Notes: a model not told the origin generated them from the sequence alone. A stretch of 64,000 nucleotides of DNA from a bacterium (GCA_965261595.1 CBDHDG010000003.1:1-64000); one strand, 5' to 3'. Positions 39,161 to 50,204 are shown, counted from the stretch's first letter. Translations and numbers: made by a program.

Positions 39161-40927
39161 TCAACTCCCCCCGCCGCGCGCCGTTCCCGTAGGTTCCACG
39201 CGAACGGTCACGATGTCCGTGTCGTGGTATTGCTGGTGGCGAACCGATGAGGCGAGGTGGCGCAGTAGCCTGAGCGAGACTTCGCGCTCAATGGGCGCGG
39301 CGGCTGTCTGATCGCCGAGCAACACGATTTTGTCCTGCAGGTTCTCCTCCCCGCCCGAAGCAATGAACTCCAGCACCGCGCCGCCGTCTTCTTTGTGCGC
39401 CACCACGAGCAGGCGTCGGGGGCCGCGTTCCTCGTCAGCCTCATCCTGGCGCAAAAGCGTCAGCAGCGTCTCTTCGCCCGCGGCGTCGAGGCGATGCGCC
39501 ATCGCCTCGTCCCAGCCGCCGGCCGAGGCGAACTCACCGAAAAACTTCCTTATCTTCGGTAGAGCCGATATGTCGAACGCCACCTCGAGACGGCTGCGCC
39601 GCGGCTCGGTGAGTTCGACGAACATGATCACGGCGACGAGGCCGCCGGCCGTCATTCCGTTGTTCAGGAGCCCGCCTGCGAACGTGGAGAAAAATTCCGG
39701 ATATATGACGCCGTTCTGGAAGCCGACGCCCACCCAGAACGCGACGCCCGCGACCAGCCCCTTGCGGTAGTCGATTCCGTCCTGGACGACCATCCGCATG
39801 CCGACCACGAAGAGCATCGCCAGCAATACGGTGATGTAGGCCGCGGCGACCGGGGTCGGTATCGCCAGCACCACGGCGACCAGCTTGGGCAAAAACGCAA
39901 GGGCGAGAAACACCACTCCGGCGGCGATGCCGACCGAGCGTGCGCCGACGCCGGTGAGTTCGGTGGCGGACACGCTCGTCGAATAGGTCGTGTTCGGCAC
40001 CGTCGCCAAAAGGCAAGAGATCAGGTTGCCCACCCCGTCGGCGGCCACCGCGCCCTGCACCGCCTTGAAATCCACCGCCCGGGGCCGCCGCCAGGAAACG
40101 CGCTGGATGGCGGCGCCGTCGCCCACCGTTTCGATGGCGCCGATCAAGGTGACGAACACGAACCCGGGTAGAAGCGTCCAGAAAACCGGCCCGAGGCTCA
40201 GGTCCAGGCCCGGCCACGCGCCCTCGGGAAGGCCGACCCACGAAGCCCCGGCGACGCGTGCCGTATCGTAGATGCCGAACCAGCCGCCCACGAGCGAGCC
40301 AGCGACCACGCCGACCACCGGCGCCCACAGGCGCAGCGCGCCCGTAGCCTTGAGCGCGATGGCGAGGATGACGGCCACGGTCACCAGCGCGCTCAGCGCA
40401 GCGGCGAGCGGCGGGCTGCCCTTCGGCACGTCATCGAGCATCTTGAAGACGATGGGCATCACCGTTACCGCTATCAGCATGATAACGGTTCCCGCGACTG
40501 TCGGCGTCAGAATACGCCTGAACAGGGGGAGGCGATCGGAAAGAATGAACTGAAACAGCGAGGATGCGAGGACCAGCGTGGCGAGCATACCCGGCCCTCC
40601 CTTGGCGAGCGCAGCGATGCAGACCGCGATGAAGGCGCCCGAGGTGCCCATGATGAGAACGTAGCCCTCGCCGAAGCGGCCGACCCGGAACTCCTGGAGC
40701 ATCGTGGTCAAGCCGCAGACCGCTAGGGCGGCGAACACGGCCCACGAGAGATAATCCTCCGTTCCGCCGGCGGCCCGCACCACGATCAACGGCGTGAACA
40801 CGATGCCGCTCACGCAGAGGATGGCGAGTTGCAAACCCAGGCCGAAAGCGAGCAGGGGCGGCGGTTTTTCGTCGGCTTCGTAGCGTACGTCGGTATTCAT
40901 GTGCTGGTCGGAATTCTCGGCGCTCAT
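39161..40927 (-). CDS. NCS2 xanthine/uracil-type permease with an extra C-terminal soluble domain
   Basis: LGLQLA..TPLIV, MGTSGAFI, TPTVAGTVIMLI, IETVGD, ADGVGN, PNTTYSTS; about 140-aa soluble tail. Confidence 0.85.
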   Translation of the reverse strand: MSAENSDQHMNTDVRYEADEKPPPLLAFGLGLQLAILCVSGIVFTPLIVVRAAGGTEDYLSWAVFAALAVCGLTTMLQEFRVGRFGEGYVLIMGTSGAFIAVCIAALAKGGPGMLATLVLASSLFQFILSDRLPLFRRILTPTVAGTVIMLIAVTVMPIVFKMLDDVPKGSPPLAAALSALVTVAVILAIALKATGALRLWAPVVGVVAGSLVGGWFGIYDTARVAGASWVGLPEGAWPGLDLSLGPVFWTLLPGFVFVTLIGAIETVGDGAAIQRVSWRRPRAVDFKAVQGAVAADGVGNLISCLLATVPNTTYSTSVSATELTGVGARSVGIAAGVVFLALAFLPKLVAVVLAIPTPVAAAYITVLLAMLFVVGMRMVVQDGIDYRKGLVAGVAFWVGVGFQNGVIYPEFFSTFAGGLLNNGMTAGGLVAVIMFVELTEPRRSRLEVAFDISALPKIRKFFGEFASAGGWDEAMAHRLDAAGEETLLTLLRQDEADEERGPRRLLVVAHKEDGGAVLEFIASGGEENLQDKIVLLGDQTAAAPIEREVSLRLLRHLASSVRHQQYHDTDIVTVRVEPTGTARGGGS

Positions 40928-40974
40928 GTGCATCCTTCCCGGCTGGAAACCGGGTCTTCGGTGGCTCGGAACCC

Positions 40975-43416
40975 TGTGTTGACCCCCTTTAACCGGAGCC
41001 ATTTGCTGAGTTAGTGTATTTCGGCATTTGGGTCATTGAGGAGGGGGATCAGATGCCCAGGAAACGTTTTACAGTCGAGCAGATCATCAATCATCTTCGG
41101 GAGGCGGAAGTGCTGCTGGCACAGGGCCAGCGGGTTGGCGAGCTCTGTCGTCAGATAGGCATCACGGAGCAGACGTTTTACCGGTGGCGCCGCGAGTATG
41201 GCGGCCTGAAGCTGGACCAGGCGAAGCGTCTGAAGGTGCTAGAGCAGGAGAATGCCCGGCTCAAGCGTGCGGTTGCCGATCTGACGCTGGACAAGTTGAT
41301 CCTGAAGGAAGCTGTTGAGGGAAACTGGTAAGCCCCGAGCGTCGCCGACGCTGTGTGTCCTACGTGATGGAACGCCACCCTGTTTCCGAACGTCGGGCCT
41401 GCATGGTCCTGGGCCAGTCGCGCACGAGCCAGCGCTACAGTCCGATCATCGTGGAGGAGGCCGGTCCGTTGGCGGCGGTCCCCCGCTCTAGGGTTTTGTT
41501 GGACACTCGATTGATCCATGATTCATGGAGAAAGGGGTGTCGCGATGAACGAACAAAAGCAAGAGGGGGCTTTGGCGGAGGGCGCCCGCAGGGCGAACGG
41601 AGCCAAGGCCCCAGGGCATCGCAGTGAGCGGGGTCGGTTCTCCTGCCAGCGCAAGCGGGAGGCGGTCCTGCGTCTTTTGCGGGGCGAGAGCCTGGAGACG
41701 CTCTGCCGCGAGTTGGGCACGACAGCGGCTCGGCTTTCCGCCTGGCGCGAGGCGTTCCTTCGCGGGGGCGAGGCGGCGCTCAAAGCCCGCCCGGCGGATG
41801 AGCGGGACGAGGAGAACGCCCGGCTCAAGGCCAAGGTGGGCGAACTCACGATGGAGGGCGAGGTCCTGCGGGAGAAGATCGACCGCCTGGAGGCCGGCCG
41901 CCCTTTAGCCGGCAGGAGGTGGAGGCGATGAGTCAGGCCCGCTTCACCTCCACGGGCAGAGCCTACGGCCTGAAGCGGGTGTGCGCCCTTTGGGGCTTGG
42001 CGCGCTCCACGGTCTACGCGCAACGGCGGCGAGAGGCGGTCCCCGTTCATGAACGCCCCACGCCCAATAAGCGCGGCCCTGTGGGCCCGTGCACCGATGC
42101 GGAACTCCTCGGCCACATCCGGCAGGTCCTGGAGGACTCTCCCTTCCATGGCGAGGGCTACCGCAAGGTGTGGGCGAGGCTGCGCTTCGCGGGCATCCGC
42201 ACCAGCAAGGAGCGGGTGCGTCGCCTGATGCGGGAGGCGGGGCTTCAGGCCCCCCACCGGGTGGGCAAACCCCGAGGTCCCAAGGCCCACAACGGGACCA
42301 TCCGCACCGAGCGGCCCGACCGAATGTGGGGCACGGACATGACGACGACGGTGACCACCGAGGAGGGGGTGGCCTCGGTGTTCGTGGCGGTGGATCACTG
42401 CTCGGTGGACTGCGTGGGGATCCATGCGGCCAAGAGCGGCAACCGCTTCGAGGCCCTGGAGCCGATCCGGCAGGGGGTCGCCGAGCGCTTCGCCGGCTTG
42501 GAGGCGGATGTCGCCGAGGGGCTTAAAGTTCGTCACGACCACGGCCCCGCCTATCTGTCCGATGACTTTCAGCGGGAGATCGCCTACCTGGGCATGACCA
42601 GTTCGCCCAGCTTCGTGCGGGCGCCCGAGGGAAATGGCTACTGTGAGTGGTTCATCCGCATCTTGAAGGAGAATCTCCTGTGGGTGCGCTCTTTCGCCAC
42701 CGTAGAGGAACTGCGGTGGGCGCTGCTTGAGTTCAAGAACCTGTACAACCATCATTGGATTCTCGAGGGCTACGGCTACCGAACGCCGGCCCAGGCAAGG
42801 CAGGAAAAACTCGCTCAAGTTGCGGAGGCCGCATGAGGTCGAATACCCTCACCCGAGTGTCCAATAACCCAGGGGCGGTCCAGCGGCGATCATCCGCTTG
42901 GCTGGTCAGTATGGCCGTTATGGCTATCGCCGGGTGACGGCGTTGCTTCGAGCAGAGGGTTGGCGCGTGAACCACAAGCGGGTGGAACGGATCTGGCGGC
43001 GGGAGGGGCTGAAGGTGCCTAAGAAGCAACCCAGACGGGGACGTCTGTGGCTCAATGATGGTTCCTGTATCCGTCTGAGGCCCTGCTGGCCCCATCATGT
43101 CTGGGCCTATGACTTCGTCCAGGGACGCACGCATGACGGCAAGGCCTTCCGGATGCTGACAGTGCTCGACGAATACACGCGTGAGTGCCTTGCCATCGAG
43201 ATCGGCCGCAAGCTGTGCAGCGACGATGTCCTGCACTGCCTGAGTGCCCTGTTCGCTCGCCATGGAGCGCCGGAGCACATTCGGTCGGATAACGGGCCGG
43301 AGTTTACCGCTCAGGTTGTTCGGGACTGGCTACCGCGAGTCGGGGTGAGAACCCTGTTCATCGAGCCCCGCTCGCCCTGGGAGAACGGCTACAACGAGAG
43401 CTTTAATGGCAAGCTA
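40975..43416 (+). mobile_element. IS3-family (IS407 group) element interrupted by IS copy 4 and 3'-truncated
   Basis: IRL TGTGTTGACCCC; orfA 41053-41331 (MPRKRFTVEQII); GGGAAACTGGTAAG frameshift window; orfB resumes after 42882 (YGYRR, WAYDF, SDNGPEF). Confidence 0.9.
41479..42882 (+). mobile_element. 1404-bp IS3-family element, copy 4
   Basis: Complete, with 4-bp TSD GCGG (41475-41478 / 42883-42886); removing it restores the host orfB frame. Confidence 0.96.
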
Positions 43417-43505
43417 CAAACTCATTAGTGTGTGTTGCTCACGATTGAAGAGCAGTAATTCAGCGATCGTCGTTTCACGATTTGCGATTCACCAAGTGTT
43501 GGTTA

Positions 43506-43709
43506 CTACCAGTCGTTCCAAAGCTTGATCGTGGCCGCAAGAAAGGTATCGCAGTTAGCTGGCGCCCAACAAGTGTGGGCATTGTCATACAACAAATAAT
43601 ACTGCTTATTCGCACAAATCAACTTGGTCTTATCTGCATCATTTTGAATCCAATTTAGGGCGTTGACGAAGCAGTCCTGGTAACTATTAGTAAACTTGCA
43701 GCTCGGTAC
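43506..43709 (-). pseudogene. C-terminal 67 aa of a CdnE-like CD-NTase (not in the ORF track)
   Basis: Manual translation VPSCKFTNSYQDCFVNALNWIQNDADKTKLICANKQYYLLYDNAHTCWAPANCDTFLAATIKLWNDW*, resembling clade-E CD-NTase C-termini as I recall them. Confidence 0.75.
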
Positions 43710-45113
43710 TCCCCCGCTCTAGGGTTTTGTTGGACACTCGATTGATCCATGATTCATGGAGAAAGGGGTGTCGCGATGAACGAACAAAAGCAAGAGGGGG
43801 CTTTGGCGGAGGGCGCCCGCAGGGCGAACGGAGCCAAGGCCCCAGGGCATCGCAGTGAGCGGGGTCGGTTCTCCTGCCAGCGCAAGCGGGAGGCGGTCCT
43901 GCGTCTTTTGCGGGGCGAGAGCCTGGAGACGCTCTGCCGCGAGTTGGGCACGACAGCGGTTCGGCTTTCCGCCTGGCGCGAGGCGTTCCTTCGCGGGGGC
44001 GAGGCGGCGCTCAAAGCCCGCCCGGCGGATGAGCGGGACGAGGAGAACGCCCGGCTCAAGGCCAAGGTGGGCGAACTCACGATGGAGGGCGAGGTCCTGC
44101 GGGAGAAGATCGACCGCCTGGAGGCCGGCCGCCCTTTAGCCGGCAGGAGGTGGAGGCGATGAGTCAGGCCCGCTTCACCTCCACGGGCAGAGCCTACGGC
44201 CTGAAGCGGGTGTGCGCCCTTTGGGGCTTGGCGCTCTCCACGGTCTACGCGCAACGGCGGCGAGAGGCGGTCCCCGTTCATGAACGCCCCACGCCCAATA
44301 AGCGCGGCCCTGTGGGCCCGTGCACCGATGCGGAACTCCTCGGCCACATCCGGCAGGTCCTGGAGGACTCTCCCTTCCATGGCGAGGGCTACCGCAAGGT
44401 GTGGGCGAGGCTGCGCTTCGCGGGCATCCGCACCAGCAAGGAGCGGGTGCGTCGCCTGATGCGGGAGGCGGGGCTTCAGGCCCCCCACCGGGTGGGCAAA
44501 CCCCGAGGTCCCAAGGCCCACAACGGGACCATCCGCACCGAGCGGCCCGACCGAATGTGGGGCACGGACATGACGACGACGGTGACCACCGAGGAGGGGG
44601 TGGCCTCGGTGTTCGTGGCGGTGGATCACTGCTCGGTGGACTGCGTGGGGATCCATGCGGCCAAGAGCGGCAACCGCTTCGAGGCCCTGGAGCCGATCCG
44701 GCAGGGGGTCGCCGAGCGCTTCGCCGGCTTGGAGGCGGACGTCGCCGAGGGGCTTAAAGTTCGTCACGACCACGGCCCCGCCTATCTGTCCGATGACTTT
44801 CAGCGGGAGATCGCCTACCTGGGCATGACCAGTTCGCCCAGCTTCGTGCGGGCGCCCGAGGGAAATGGCTACTGTGAGTGGTTTATCCGCATCTTGAAGG
44901 AGAATCTCCTGTGGGTGCGCTCTTTCGCCACCGTAGAGGAACTGCGGTGGGCGCTGCTTGAGTTCAAGAACCTGTACAACCATCATTGGATTCTCGAGGG
45001 CTACGGCTACCGAACGCCGGCCCAGGCAAGGCAGGAAAAACTCGCTCAAGTTGCGGAGGCCGCATGAGGTCGAATACCCTCACCCGAGTGTCCAATAACC
45101 CAGGGGCGGTCCA
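43710..45113 (+). mobile_element. 1404-bp IS3-family element, copy 5
   Basis: Complete; flanks GTAC / TGTG give no TSD, consistent with an adjacent deletion or recombination. Confidence 0.95.
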
Positions 45114-45484
45114 TGTGCTTCGACTAGGACGAGTAAGTGAAGAAGCCCATCGCTAAAAATCCAGCGTTCAGCTTTATTTGCCTTGGGGTACCACATGCAA
45201 AGTTGCCCGTTGCTATAACGGTGTGGGTAGTCTTCAGGGCCATCGACCGTAACTTCTGGGGACTTACGTGAATCGCTAAATAGCTTGATTGTCACGGCCC
45301 TAGTTACGTCAAAATCCTTCGAGAAAATGTTGACGTTATATTGTATCCACCGCTTGTGTCCAAGTTTGCACTTTTTTGTGCGGAGGGAGGGATATTCATC
45401 AAATACACGCCGTTCGAAAATATAGCGCTTGCTATAAGTTTCATACCATGGGCTTCTTGACTGTTTACCCCTCCTTCTTGCCAC
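45114..45484 (-). pseudogene. Prokaryotic E2 (UBC-fold)-like CBASS accessory protein, C-terminus cut by IS
   Basis: SPEVTVDGPEDYPHRYSNGQLCMWYP...RW...GLLHLL (PH..Y.nG.LC..YP..W pattern); overlaps the cyclase stop. Confidence 0.72.
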
Positions 45485-46472
45485 CGTACGCCTCTGTTTG
45501 CTTAACACGAGGATATGATGAATCCACAGCAGGCCTCAGGCCAGCGGTAATGGCCAAACCCGCGTTACCCTCCCTTAACAGGTTGGCTTTTTTGAGCTTT
45601 GACTCTTCCTTGCTGATACGATCAATCCAGAACTGATGCTTAAAGATGCTGTTCCAAGCCTTCAAAGCTTTGAGTCGTGTGCAATCACTGTCGAACAGTA
45701 CTTCAAGGTCTTCAAGCGCTTCAGATAGCTTCTCTCGTAAGTGTTTGGTTCGTGCATCATCTGCTCCTTTCGTTAACATCTCGTTCCGAACAGGATGGCA
45801 GACTTCTAAATTCAACTTTAGACGATCACGAATAGTCTTTATGGTCTTGTAAAGCGAAACATCATCCCGATCATCAGATACGTAACACTCAACAACAAGG
45901 GCTGATATAACAAACCCACTTGCCATCTTAGCCTTCCAGCTTGCCCGGCTGTTTTTATATGCTTTTACATGTCGTGTGATTCGTCGAAGTTGACGGCCAT
46001 TAACTGTGTCTGGACTTTTTTCAATTACTGCTTTATTGTACCATTCCGTCACTTCACTCGGACTGCTCCCTTCCCAATCACTGCTGGCTAATTCGAGGGT
46101 TTTATCATCCAACTGCCGGTATACGGGCACATCGACATGATAGCCCTTTTGATAAATTACACGCACACAATTTATTAGCACTTCTGGAGGTGTTGCGAAT
46201 GAGCCATCGTCAAGCGCGGAGCATACCATTTTCCGGGCATCTAATGCTATTTTATCAGTTCCCTGGCTGCCCACTAAGTCTTCTTTGAGAAAAATAACTC
46301 CATCGTCAATGTCGTAATCATTGTTTTCGTCCTGAACCATTGTGTGCATAGCATATGAACCCTGCGCCTGATATGAATCTGGAGAAGGACCCTCATTTGC
46401 ATCAAGACCTTTTTTTAACCGCGTTCGGTTAGCGTCGCGGCGCTCACGCATTTCCGACTGCTGCGTCGAGTT
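45465..46472 (-). CDS. DncV-like CD-NTase (CBASS cyclase), extreme N-terminus removed by IS
   Basis: QGSYAMHTMVQ..DYDIDDG, CVRVIY.KGYHVDVPVY, SSPSEVTEW, QLRRITRHVK; ends ...EAYGGKKEG. Confidence 0.9.
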   Translation of the reverse strand, partial: NSTQQSEMRERRDANRTRLKKGLDANEGPSPDSYQAQGSYAMHTMVQDENNDYDIDDGVIFLKEDLVGSQGTDKIALDARKMVCSALDDGSFATPPEVLINCVRVIYQKGYHVDVPVYRQLDDKTLELASSDWEGSSPSEVTEWYNKAVIEKSPDTVNGRQLRRITRHVKAYKNSRASWKAKMASGFVISALVVECYVSDDRDDVSLYKTIKTIRDRLKLNLEVCHPVRNEMLTKGADDARTKHLREKLSEALEDLEVLFDSDCTRLKALKAWNSIFKHQFWIDRISKEESKLKKANLLREGNAGLAITAGLRPAVDSSYPRVKQTEAYGGKKEG

Positions 46473-47883
46473 TGGAGTTGCCCCGTTTTTGTGGACACCT
46501 TCAGACTGTGGGGAGGAGGTGTTCAGATGCCGAAAACTCATTCACCCTACGCGCCGGAATACCGGCGCCAGATGGGTGAGCTGGTTCGCTCGGGCCGTAC
46601 GCCCGGGGAGCTGGCCCGGGAGTTCGAGTGTTCCGCTTCGGCGATTCGCAACTGGGTGCGCCAGGCCGACCGCGACGAGGGCCGTCGTGAGGACGGTCTG
46701 ACAAGCTCAGAGCTCGAGGAGCTACGGCGGCTTCGTCGGGACAATCGTCAGCTTCGCGAAGAACGCGAGATACTGGCAAGAGCTACGGCTTGGTTCGCTC
46801 GGGAGACCGGCTCGGTCCGGGCGAAGTCTTCGAGCTCGTGAAGGCGAATCAGGCCTGCCATCGGGTGGCCACGATGTGCCGTCGGCTGGGTGTCTCCCCC
46901 AGCGGATACTACGCGTGGCGAAGCCGTGGGCGTTCGAATCGTGCGAAGCGCGAGGAGGCGTTGCGTGGCACGATCCGGGCCATCCACGAGGTATCTGGTG
47001 GCACCTACGGGGCGCCTCGGGTCCATGCCGAGATGATGGCCGGCGGCTGCCGGGTGAGCCGCAATCGGGTGGCTCGTCTGATGCGCGAGGCAGGGTTGGC
47101 CGGGGTGAGCCGACGCCGAGGCATGCGCACTACGCGCGTGGACCAGAGCCATTGTGTGGTCCCGGACCGGGTCGAACGCCAGTTCCAGGCCGATGCGCCG
47201 GATCGGCTTTGGGTGGCCGACGTGACCTACGTGCCGACCTGGACGGGGTTCGTGTACCTGGCCATCGTGCTCGACGTGTTCAGCCGCCGGGTGGTGGGAT
47301 GGTCCATGACCCACCATCTTCGCACCGAACTGGTGCTCGGGGCGCTGAACATGGCGTTGGGACAGCGCCGCCCCGACGGGGTCGTGCATCACTCCGACAG
47401 GGGATCGCAGTACACTTCGCTCGCCTTCGGCAAGCGGTGCCGGGAGATGGGGGTGGTTCCCTCGACCGGGTCGGCCGGGGATTGCTTCGACAACGCCATG
47501 GCCGAGAGCTTCTTTGCCACGCTGGAGTGCGAGCTCATCGACCGGCGCTCGTTCCGTACCCAGGCCGAAGCGCACATGGCGATCTTCCAATTCATCGAAG
47601 GCTGGTACAACCCACGCCGTCGTCATTCGGCCCTGGGTTACCTCAGCCCCAACGACTTCGAACGCGCCGTGGCGAAGGAAACGCCACGTGCAGTGCGCAA
47701 CGCTCATCGTCCGGCTCGAGCCGTCCCCGGTGCTTCCCGGAGCAGCGAGCCAAAGGTCAAGACATACCCCCCGGGGGCACCCTATCTATCGGATAGGGAG
47801 AAGACTGTACGTCCACCGGCTGTCGCCCACCTCAGGGCTGGGGACGACAGCCCTAAACTGTCCACTGAAACGGGTCAAATCCA
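46473..47883 (+). mobile_element. IS3-family element (orfA 46527-46841; orfB within ORF 46790-47926)
   Basis: IRL TGGAGTTGCCCCGTTTTTGTGGACA, IRR TGTCCACTGAAACGGGTCAAATCCA; WVADVT / HSDRGSQY / AMAESF; no TSD (flanks AGTT / CATC). Confidence 0.93.
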
Positions 47884-49794
47884 CATCTGGAGGAGCAAAA
47901 GGCCCTGCTGCAGTTCCTGGAGTTAGATCAACCCGACCAGAACGCTATCCTCGAAAAGATCAATGCCAAGCGCTCGGTTCTGTCGCTGCCACCACTGGAG
48001 GAACTCAAGGCGACAACTTCCTTCAGAATGGGGGTGCCCGATCCCGCCACGGTGCAGGCACCGGCCCTAAAAAAAGCTGATGCGCAAGCAGATTTGGCAG
48101 TGCTTGCGAAATTCGATACAGAGGGCGAGCCGCAGGATGCGGCATCCAAGCGTCAAATCGCGCTGTCAGACCTCCAGGGACTGATTGATGATGTGGGCTT
48201 ACTGCGCACTCTGAAGCAGCAATCCCTGGTCACGGCTGGGATTGAGCTTGTTGACGGCGACGCTTGTCCACTTTGCGATCTGGAATGGGATCGCGAAACC
48301 TTGTTGGAACATTTGAGCGCCAAGCTGAATGGCGCCAAGCACGCTACCACGCTTCTCAAGGAGCTGAATGAGAACGTCAACTATGTCATTGCTGAACGCG
48401 AATCGTTGAGCAGTGTGCTGGACCGGCTGGTTGCCGTGTCCGCAAAGCTGACCCCGGTAGTTCCCGCTGATTGCATAAGCGCCCACGCGAAGCGAATCGC
48501 GACTGGGACAAATTCACTCCGGGCCTTTGTCGCTCATTTCAGCGGCCTCAGTGACGCCAAGGAAGCCCTGGAACAGGAATGGTGGATTCCGCCCGCGGAC
48601 GTTCAGGAGCAGATCAATGCCTGCTCCAAGGGAATTGCCGCTCTACCGGAGGTGTCAGAGGAAGACATAGCCAGGGATTTTCTGACCCGAGCGGAGGACC
48701 AGTATCATAGAGCCGTCGCAACACACGCTGCTTTCAAAACTGCGGATTCGCGTTCGTCGGTCGCTGCCAAGGTCCTTGAGTCATACAAGGAAAACAGCGA
48801 TACAATACTGAAATCACTGTACGACGATGTGGCAGAGGATTTCTCAGGGTACTACCGCAGTCTCAACCCGGAGGATGAACGCAAGTTCGTAGGCAACCTG
48901 ATCCCGTCCGCTGCCAAGCTCGGATTCAACGTCGATTTCTACGGACGCGGTAAGTTCCCGCCGGGTGCCTATCACAGTGAAGGTCATCAGGACGGTATGG
49001 GCGTGTGTCTCTACCTCGCCCTTATTAAACGAACCCAGGGCGAGAAATTTAGGTTTTCCGTTCTAGACGACGTGTTGATGTCGATCGACGCCGATCACCG
49101 GCGTCAAGTGTGCAAGCTGCTCAAGCGGGAGTTCCCCGACACACAGTTCATCGTGACTACCCATGATCGCGTGTGGCTGAAATTTATGCATACCGAAGGG
49201 CTAATTCAAAACAGTCAGACTTTTGGAGCTTGGTCCGTAGAGGCCGGTCCGCGAGTCTGGAAGCACCAGGAGATATGGGCTGAGATAGAGGAAGAACTAG
49301 AAAAAAATGACATTGAAACGGCGGCGGCTAAACTACGGCACTATCTTGAATATGTTTTCACTTTGCAAGCTGATTCGTTGCAAGCTCAGGTTCGGTACAA
49401 AGGGGACGGCCAGTATTCTTTAAACGACCTTATGCCCTCCGTGATCAACCGTTGGCACAAAAAAGTTACCAATGCCGTCAAGGCCGCTAAGTCATGGGGT
49501 CAAGCTGAAAAGGAAGCAGAGCTATTAGAGTTGCTTGTACGCATTGATGACGCAAAGACTCGGATGAATGCAGAGCAATGGGCTGTGAACCCAGCTGTTC
49601 ACTACAATCAGTGGGCAAACTTCCAAATCGCTGAATTCCGCGAGGTTCTTCGTGCTTTTACCGATCTGCTTGCGACCATGCAGTGCGATGTTTGCAACGC
49701 CTTGGTAGAGTTGCAGCCGCGAGACAAGGCGGCCAAAACGATCCGCTGCAATTGCGGAGTTATCGTGATCAATCTCAATATGAAGGAGGCGTGA
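47884..49794 (+). pseudogene. SMC/Rad50-like ABC ATPase lacking its N-terminal Walker A region
   Basis: CPLC Zn-hook, signature HSEGHQD, Walker B VLDDVLMSID, TTHD; begins at the IS end. Confidence 0.82.
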
Positions 49795-49914
49795 TCCCTC
49801 GGAGTTGCTCCTGGCCTTTCCCCGTGCTTAGGGCCAAGCTAGCTGAGGGTTTTCGGTGGAGATCATAGAGCGAAAGGGCAGCTGAGCGGAGCCCTTGCGG
49901 AGCTCGAGCGATGT

Positions 49915-50181
49915 TTCCCATTCTCCGCCTCCAGCTCGCGCAGACGACGGGTGCCGGATATCTCCATCCCCCCGCACTTCGACTTCCAGCGGTACAACGT
50001 CTGCTCCGATATGCCGTGGCGACGGCTTATCTCGCGTGCCGTGGCGACGGCCTCATGCTCGCGCAGCACCCCGACAATCTGCTCTTCGGTAAACCGTTTG
50101 CGTCTCATATCGAGTTCTCCTGTACTCAGTCTCTCCAGGAAAACTCTCACATGCAATGGCCTGAATGACGGGGAGAAAGTC
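49915..50181 (-). pseudogene. IS3-family orfA remnant with degenerate left end
   Basis: MRRKRFTEEQIVGVLREHE...GISEQTLYRWKSKCGGME...LRELEAEN. Confidence 0.82.
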
Positions 50182-50204
50182 CGCGAAGGACCGTCCTTGC
50201 ACGA

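Noticed and set aside
29586..49794. Idea that the two ATPase fragments are halves of one gene
   Set aside because: They are cut by different IS types, share no flanking TSD, and appear to belong to different subfamilies; unsupported.
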